DNA from: Rhizophagus irregularis
Lineage: Eukaryota
NCBI RefSeq assembly: GCF_026210795.1
Contig: NC_089430.1
Coordinates: 3,720,001 to 3,784,000, forward strand
Length of the DNA stretch: 64,000 nucleotides
Direction of reading: 5' to 3'
The notes beneath the pieces are model-generated. The model was given only the letters and a program-made list of their open reading frames with translations, had not been told where the DNA came from and made no database searches. The position numbers and the translations under genes were made by a program. Numbering within the stretch: the first letter of the stretch is position 1; the number at the start of each line of letters is the position of its first letter. Shown here in pieces: positions 55,650 through 64,000 of this stretch.

Positions 55650-55826
55650 CAGTTAATTTTCTATAAATGCATCCTCTTTAGAGCTGAATAAAAACATGTG
55701 ATTACAAAGGGTATGCATTTATAAAGAGTAAATAATTAGGAAGTTATATATACTTGGAACTGAATCAAAGTGTGCATTTAAGAAGGAAATGCACTTATAA
55801 GTAATGTATTTATAGAGAGTTGACTA
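55650..55826. mobile_element. Tc1/mariner-type MITE (about 177 bp) with TA TSD
   Basis: TA|CAGTTAATTTTCTATAAATGCA ... TGTATTTATAGAGAGTTGACTA|TA: degenerate 22-bp TIRs differing only by transitions. Confidence 0.65.
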
Positions 55827-57008
55827 TAATATATTTTAATAATAATACAATATTTTATAAAACTTTTGGAATTATATATTAGATTTTTAAATTATACTTT
55901 AAAGTAAAATTTTAAACTGATCTGTTTTTAAAATAAATTAAATTGATTGGATTAGATATTCTAATTTGATTTAACCTGTTTAATCTACAGTATATAAACA
56001 AATGTATAAAGTACTTTTTCAGCATTTTTTTTCATAAATTTAATATAAAAAAATGTTATTTTAGCATTTTTTCATAAATTTAATATAAATTAATGTATTT
56101 GATAATTTTATTTTTAAGTTAACAGGTTAATTGATTAAATTAAAGCTATAATCTGATCCAATATTAAGTTAAGAATTTATTTATATATTAGAAATCAAAA
56201 AAAAGGTACTGTACATCTATCTGATATCATCTGACTTATTCAGAACTATACATACAAGCAAATTATAATATTTGTTTATATTTTATATTCTTTAAATGTG
56301 TATTTTTAGGAAAACAATTGCTTTATTTTATAAAGTATTTTATAAGATACTTGAGAACAGTTAACTGATGATGACGTAACTGTGGAATTTTAATCAGCCA
56401 ATCAAAATTTAATTTTGAGAGGGTCACCCGGATAAAGAAATAAATTTTCCTAATTAAACTTAAAAAGTTTAATTAAATGGAATTTTTTTCCGGTTTCAGA
56501 GTAACAAACTTATTATATTTATAATAGTTGGTTTTTAGTGGTTATTATTTAAATGAAAAAAATATATATATCACATGGTAAATTTTTCTTTGCTCAATTT
56601 TTGATCAGTGTGGTTTTGTTGAATTTATACTTAAAAGTGGATCGTAGATCGAATTTATGCATGTTATATAAAATTTCTCGTTTTCTGTTTCCTGTCGTTG
56701 TCGCATTTAAACCGTTATAAAAATGAAATGTTCCGAAAATACGCTCATTTACCCGTTTAAACAAAGAACAAAATGCTTTTTTAGGAAAGGATTATGCGTT
56801 ACGGAGAAGTGCGGATTTTATTGTTTGCTCAATATCAGAGGGAACACAGTGTTACATAAATTGTCACGTGTTGCGGACTTTTTTTCCTTGTCCAAAAGCA
56901 AGTGATTTGCTATTTAAACTTGTGCCGCCATATAACTGAACTTAGAAACCTTACATTTATTTTTCCTTATATTCATATTTTTTTTTAACATCAACCCAAC
57001 CACCAACA

Positions 57009-58435
57009 ATGTCTAGTGCCGCCAACATCTTGCTGAAGCAGTTTAAAGGTGCGTATTCTTTTAGATGTCTCTTTGACTAACAAGAATGGCTTCATTTTCT
57101 AAAATTACATTTTTGCTCTTAGAACTCACAAGTAATCCGGTACCCGGGTTTACAGTTGCTTTGCGCGATGAAGACAACGTCTTCGAATGGTAACAGTTCT
57201 TAGCTTATCTATATTTTTCTTTTAATTAATTAAAAGAAGATCTGGTCTTTTTATTCTTAATTATTCGTTTACAGGGACGTAGGTATCATAGGAGCACCAA
57301 ATACGATTTATGAAGGCGGTTACTTTAAGGTTGCTAATACATAAAGGTTTATTATATTAATTTGTTTAAAAATAAACTGTAAACTGACACTCTCTTTTGA
57401 TTTGAAGGCAACTCTCAAGTTCCCTAACGATTACCCATTTAACCCACCAACATTCAAATTCAACAACGAATTTTTCCACCCTAATGGTATGAATTGATGA
57501 ATTGATGATTTTACATTATAATCTTTAAAAACCTTAGTTAATTTTTTATATAATTGCATAATTAGTCTACATAGACGGAAGACTTTGCATATCTATTCTT
57601 CACCCACCAGGTGATGACCCAACTAGTGGTGAGACTGCTGCTGTAGGTTATAAGAGAAAGATAAAGTTAATCGCGCCAGTATATGTAAAACTAAGCGACT
57701 TCTTTTAATTCTGATTCTTAGGAACGTTGGAACCCCACTCAGAGCGTTGAAAGTATGTTTAAAATTACTTGTATGTAATTATTTTCACGTGACTAACCGT
57801 TAACTTTTATAGGTATTCTGATCAGCATTGTCAGTCTAATGTCAGATCCAAATTGCTCAAGTCCGGCCAATGTGGTATGTACCTAGATTCTTGCATATGC
57901 TTTTATTTATTTATTAGATAATTTTTAACTAATAAACAAATATTCTAATTTTAGGATGCCGGGGTATGTATATAGATTATCATTCAGCTTTTTGAAAGGA
58001 ATAATATTAATTACTGTTCAAATCGGAATTTCTCTAGGTCATGTATCGTCTAGATCGAGAGGCTTATAATAGTCTTGTTCGATGTGAGTATTAAAGGATA
58101 ATTAAATTCAAATATTTGCTTTTCCTTCCTTTTTTCTTTTCTTTTTTTTTTTAACTCCTTCATTGAAAATAGCTCAAGTCGAAGCATCAAAAAAGGATAT
58201 TCCAGAAGGATTGAAAATACCAACAAGCAGTAAGTTATTTTAGAAATATTTTACAAAGTTCGTAATGAATATATTCTAGATTAACGCATTTTATTCCGCA
58301 GCCGATGATTTCGTCGTTCAGAAGAAACAAGCTGACGATGATCAAGATGAAAATTTCTGGTATGCGTCTGACGAAGACGAAGATATTGACGAAGATATGG
58401 ATGATTATATGTCTTCAGAAGATGAAGAAGACTAA
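57009..58435 (+). CDS. CDC34: Ubiquitin-conjugating enzyme E2, Cdc34/UBE2R type; about 11 exons
   Basis: FFHPN/VYIDGRLCISILHPPGDDPTSGETAA/ERWNPTQSVES (acidic loop after the catalytic Cys), DPNCSSPANV/DAG, and a long acidic C-terminal tail. Confidence 0.85.
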
Positions 58436-58844
58436 AATTAAATTTATTTAGTTCAACCTTATTTGAAGATTAATTTTTCGATTTTTTAGAATAATTTTAA
58501 TTAACGAGTACGATAAAAAATTTTATGCCCATTTTAAGAACATTTTAGTCTTGGCATATTATTTTCCTTTATAAATTGTAACATATAAAACTTTTTTTGT
58601 AAATTGCTGTTTACTTTTTCCATTTCATACATTGTGGGCATTCTTTTTTTTATATAAGAAACAAACTTAGAAATAATAAAGATTTGGGACATTTATGAGT
58701 AATTTATATATATATATTATTTTATTAATTTGATCAATTAATTTATTTCAAGAAAAATAACCTTATACATGCATTTTCTTCTGTAAAATTATTCAATAAT
58801 TTTTCTCAAAAAAAAAACTAAAATAAATTTTATTATAATCGTTT

Positions 58845-60318
58845 TTATTCTTTCAAAGCACGACGTCTATTGAAATAATATAAAATAATTAGTAATATTA
58901 AAGGTAATTATGAATTCAAATATAACAAACATACCTATCACGTTCTTCAGCAATTGTGAGCTTTTAAATTAAATTATAGAAATTGTTATTAATATAATAT
59001 AATATAAATTTCATAAATTAAATGGTTACTTAACACTTACTTTAACACCCTTGCCCTTTGGTAACGAAATCCACGGTTTATTGCCCTCACCAATGACAAA
59101 GACATTTATAAGACGAGTGGCGAATTGTCTATCAACGGAATCTTTAATGTGTACAATATCGAAGCCGCCTACGTGTCGTTCCCTATAAACATAAGACATA
59201 ATTAAATGCTCAAAGGTTTATGATTCACTAATATTTAATAAAGATTAATAGCAATACGAACCTGTGCGTGATAATCCCAACTCTTCCCATATTTCTACCA
59301 CCTGTTATCATGGCTATATTTCCGACTTCAAATTTGATAAATTCGGTGATTTTGTTAGTCTCAAAATCAAATCTGATTGTGTCGTTAACCTTAATTAGAG
59401 GATCAGGATAACGAATGGTACGACCATCATGAGTTACAATGTATGGTATGGCCTTAGAACCAACTTGAACTTTTTTAACTTTAGCTAATTTATATTTAGC
59501 TTCATCCGCAGTAATTCTGTGAACAGTAAATCGACCTTTTGTATCATAAATTAATCTAAAGTTTTCGCCATTTCTTTCGATCGAAATAACATCTAATAAC
59601 AAAATATTGATTGTTAATTTATTTTATTTATTATTTAATTTATTTATTTTTTTTTAAAAAAAATAATTATATACGTTAATAAAAGTTATTCAAAAGTCTT
59701 ACCCATAAAACCGGCAGGGTATGTTGAATCGGTTCGAACTTTGCCATCAACCTTCACAAGACGTTGCATCAAAATACTTTGGACATCTTTACTGGTAAGG
59801 GCATACTTGAGGCGGTTCCTCAAAAAAATAACAAGAGGTAGACACTCACGGAGCTTATGAGGACCAGGAGACGGTCTTGGGGCCTAATCAATCAACCGCG
59901 ATTAATTATAAATTGTCAATTTTTTAAAAAATTAAGAACGGATACATACATAAGTCCCCGTGAGTTTATCCAACATCCAATGTTTTGGAGCATTAAGTCG
60001 TTTCAAATGTTTCCTTGGTCCGCGAGCCTATCATTTGAAGATTAAAATCAGTGAATTATATACAATCAAGATACACATCAAACCAATTTTTTGATTTATG
60101 TTTGACAATTGATTAACGCGAAGAGCCAAATAAATAAATAGGACGATTTTGTAATATAAAAATTGACAATTATCATTTAATCACAGATGGATGGAATAAT
60201 TGATATTTATAAAAATTTTTTTTATTAAAAAAAAAAATCATTCAATCGATTTTGATAGAAAGAACAGCGGTGCATCAAAGGAAATCTAGGGACGCAATTT
60301 ATCTTGAGGACATACCAT
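58845..60318 (-). CDS. RPS4: 40S ribosomal protein S4 (eS4), multi-exon; first coding exon is the ATG only
   Basis: [44 protein letters not shown]...[12 protein letters not shown]...GGRNMGRVG...[23 protein letters not shown]. Confidence 0.97.
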
Positions 60319-60525
60319 TGCTAACTTTTTTAGTTAAACCAATGAGCAAAAGAGGAGGAATTATTTTTTTTCGAAATTATAAGACGTTTTATAATTAAAA
60401 AAATAAAATGATGACGTAGATCTGATATATAAGATCATTTCGAAAAAAAAAAAGCTTACGTGTATCCTAAGAATAACGTACGACAATAAAGATTCTCGTT
60501 TTTTTGTACTTAAAATTTGTTAAAA
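60319..60525. promoter_or_regulatory. Compact divergent promoter region between RPS4 and RPN1
   Basis: Head-to-head ATGs 207 bp apart. Contains ATGACGTA and TTACGTG motifs. Confidence 0.55.
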
Positions 60526-63500
60526 ATGGCTCGAGACACTGTAAAAAATGTCACTCCAGCTGAGGAACCTTCGAGTAAGGATAAACAAAAAGCAAAGGAG
60601 GAAAATGAAGCTAAAACCGATGGAGAGAAAAAAGACGAAGTCGAAGAATTAGTAAGTTTTATTTGAACATTAGTTACCTAGGCGTCGTTACAATCACACA
60701 CTATTATTGACGGGCTTATTTGAAGTTAATAATTGACTGGGAACTCGTAAATCGCGTTCGCTAAGTTGATACGCACCTTCTTCCTAAAATATTTTGGTAG
60801 AACCTTTCTACACGCTAAACACGCTTTGATAACTTTATTACATGTTTACAGTCGGAAGAAGATCTCCAATTAAAGAATGAGTTGGAAATGCTAGTAGAAA
60901 GATTGAAGGTGAGAGAAATATTAATATCAGCTTATTTAATTTATCGTAAATCGATTGGAAAGATCTTTTTTTCTTCTTTTTTTTTTAGAAAAAAATTGTT
61001 AATTTGGTCAATTGATCATGTATAGGAAGGAGATGTTAATCTTCATAGACCAGCATTAGAAAGCCTTCGAACGTTGATTCGTACGTCTACCAGTTCAATG
61101 ACCTCCGTTCCAAAGCCATTGAAGTTTTTAAGATCTCATTACGTTACCATAACTGAAATTTACCAGAATTGGCCACCGGGTGATAACAAAGTAATGACAA
61201 ACGATTATTGATCCATATTTTCAACTTTTTATAGTAATATATCTTTTTTTTTTAGTTATTTCTAGCAGACATTTTATCAGTGTTAGCAATGACTTACGAT
61301 GAGGGTAAAAGGGAATCTTTAAAATATAGATTGCAAGGATCACGTGAAGATCCAGGTTCTTGGGGGCACGAATACGTGAGGTGAGTATCCAATGTTTCTA
61401 TCCTGAATTATTCAACATTTATATTAATAATATTTTTATAATTTCAAGACATTTATCAACCGAAATCGGCCAAGAATATGTCTCCCGTACAGAGAAGGAG
61501 CTTAGCACGGACGATCTCATGGCACTTGCTTTGGAGGTTGTTCCATTTTTCTTAAAACATAATGCTGAAGCCGACGCTGTTGACTTGCTATTAGAATTGG
61601 AAGCAATTGACCAACTACCTCAATATGTAGATAAAGATACATATGCACGTGTTTGCCTCTATATGGTTAGGTACAGATTATCAAGAAACCACTTCAAGTG
61701 TTCTTTTTTATTTTTACATTACTGAATTATTATGTACGTATGTTCAGTTGTGTTAACTTGTTAGTACCCCCAGATGATATACAATTTTTACGCACAGCTC
61801 ATCAAATTTATCGTCAGCATGATAAATATACTGAAGCTGTGTCACTAGCTATTCGGCTTGGAGACCATGATTTGATAAAGGAAGATTTTGAAGCAGCGGG
61901 ACATATAGATGCGTACGTTTTCTTTATATTTATTATCATTCATGATTATAAGGTTCTAATTGACTACTTTTGTTTTCCAAAGACTTTTGCAAAAGCAAAT
62001 CGCTTTTCAATTGGGAAGGCAACAAATTGACATCCCCGAGATTGAAGATGAAGATCTTAAGGAGATATTGAGTAATTCACACCTATCTAAACACTTCATT
62101 GCTCTTGCAAAAGAGTTAGATGTTCTCGAACCAAAGACACCAGAAGATATTTATAAGAGCCATCTAGAAAATATTCGTTAGTAGCCTGTTTTACTTGTTA
62201 TTTTATATTTTAATATTAAAATAACATTTATTTCATATAATTAAAGGACCAGGATTTACGAGCGGAAGTGTTGATTCAGCACGACAAAATTTAGCATCCA
62301 CTTTTGTAAATGCTTTTGTTAATGCTGGATTTGCTAAAGATAAATTAATCTCAATAGAGGATGGTACAACGTGGATTTATAAAAATAAAGACCATGGTAA
62401 GGAATTATTTATATATTATTAGCATAATAAAATTTATATATACTTATATAAAATTATTTAAATTATTTTAATTTGTAGGAATGTTGAGCGCAGCTGCTTC
62501 TATCGGTATGATTATGTTATGGGATGTTGATCTCGGATTGTCGCATGTTGATAAATATTTATACTCTAGTGAAGATCATATTCAAGTAAGTTCTTACATT
62601 AATAAACACCGAAAGAAAGTAACGTTTAATGTCAATAATTGATCTACAGATGTTTTCATTTTCGTTTAGGCCGGTGCTCTTCTTGCCATCGGGCTTATAA
62701 ATACTGGAGTTCGTAATGAGAATGATCCAGCTTTTGCTTTACTTTCAGAACACATTGAAAAACCAAAAGCAATGATGCGAATTAGCGCTATAGTTGGGTA
62801 AGATAAATATGCAAAATACGATTTTTTTATTATTGTGTAAGGAAAGTCTTATTGATTATTGCGATTTTACCTGTTAGACTTGGTATGGCGTATTCTGGGT
62901 CCCACAGAGAAGATGTTCAAGAATTATTATCTCCGTTCATTAGTGATACTACATTAAATATGGAAATTGCTTCACTTGCAGCTCTATCGTTGGGGTTGGT
63001 ATTTGTAGGATCTTGCCATGGAGATATTACAAGTACAATATTACAAACAATGATGGAACGTGACGAATCTCAATTAAAAGAAACTTGGGGAAGGTTTATG
63101 GGTCTCGGATTAGCTTTATTATATCTTGGTAAGCTTTGTTTTTTTTGTTATTATTTTATAATATCGTCCATTTTAAATGGAGAGAAAACATCAACTTACA
63201 AGTAATTTTAAAATAAATAGGAAAGCAAGATGCTGCTGAAGCAACTCTTGAAACTTTGAAAGCTATTGAGCACCCTATTGGTAAACAGGTCAGAATATTG
63301 GTAGAAATTTGTTCTTATGCAGGTAAATTAATTAACAAAACTTTGAATGGCTTAATTAGATAAATACTAATCCATATATATATATTATTAAGGAACTGGA
63401 AATGTACTTAAAATCCAGGATATGTTACACGCGTGCAATGACCATTTAGATAAAGAGAAAGAGGATGATTTGCATCAGGCTTTTGCTGTATTAGGTGTAG

Positions 63501-64000
63501 CTCTGATAGCTATAGGTGAAGATATTGGTGCTGAAATGGCATTAAGGACATTCAATCATTTGGTAAGATTTTTTTTTTTTTTAAGTATTTACTTAATATA
63601 TATATCTTTCATTAGAATAATTCAAGAATATTATATTTTTAAATAATTTCACTTATCACACAGATGCATTATGGTGAACCAGTGATTCGTCGTGCAGTTC
63701 CTCTTGCATTAGGATTGCTGTGTGCCTCTAATCCACTTCTTAATGTCCTTGAAACGTTAAGTAAATATTCTCATGATAATGATGCGGATGTTGCTATTAA
63801 TGCTATTTTTGCTATGGGCCTTGTTGGTGCAGGAACAAATAATGCACGATTGGCACAAATGTTGAGACAACTTGCATCATATTATCATAAAGAACCAAAT
63901 TGCTTATTTATGGTTCGAATTTCACAGGTATAAATTTTATTGTTACTTATTTTGCCAGTATATTAATATTCTATTGACGAGTTATATATTCTAGGGGTTA
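60526..64000 (+). CDS. RPN1: 26S proteasome regulatory subunit Rpn1/PSMD2 (5' part; continues beyond the window)
   Basis: [100 protein letters not shown] and [20 protein letters not shown]. Confidence 0.97.

Noticed and set aside
60028..60315. Intronic snoRNA in the long first intron of RPS4
   Set aside because: No convincing RUGAUGA/CUGA pair with terminal stem, and no H/ACA layout, seen by eye.
60653..60851. Structured ncRNA in the GC-richer first intron of RPN1
   Set aside because: Only a weak CGTC/GACG stem and no ANANNA hinge. A covariance search would be needed.

Overview
AT-rich, intron-rich eukaryotic DNA with short GT-AG introns (about 60-110 nt). Gene content and transposon landscape point to an early-diverging fungus, most likely an arbuscular mycorrhizal fungus (Glomeromycotina, Rhizophagus-like); this is an inference. 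Housekeeping genes: PQ-loop transporter, SPT2-like, TSC2, TRA2-like SR protein, SCP2, a GNAT, APN1, ARG5,6, VMA7, CFAP20, a coiled-coil protein, a GT2-like glycosyltransferase, CDC34, RPS4 and a 5' part of RPN1. Between them lie decayed transposons: a complete Zator element with TIRs and a TAA TSD, a MULE remnant, a complete two-gene PIF/Harbinger nested in an older repeat, MITEs and a CACTA-like relic. The most striking locus is a minus-strand gene at 26951-28327 with two long overlapping reading frames. One frame encodes a zinc-dependent deaminase-like domain (NCSE...PCLNC). The other stays open across it and ends in a SUKH/US22-like immunity-type domain. A weak 58-nt intron could switch between the frames, making this a candidate single-gene poison/antidote system. 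All domain calls are by-eye motif recognition; no searches were run.
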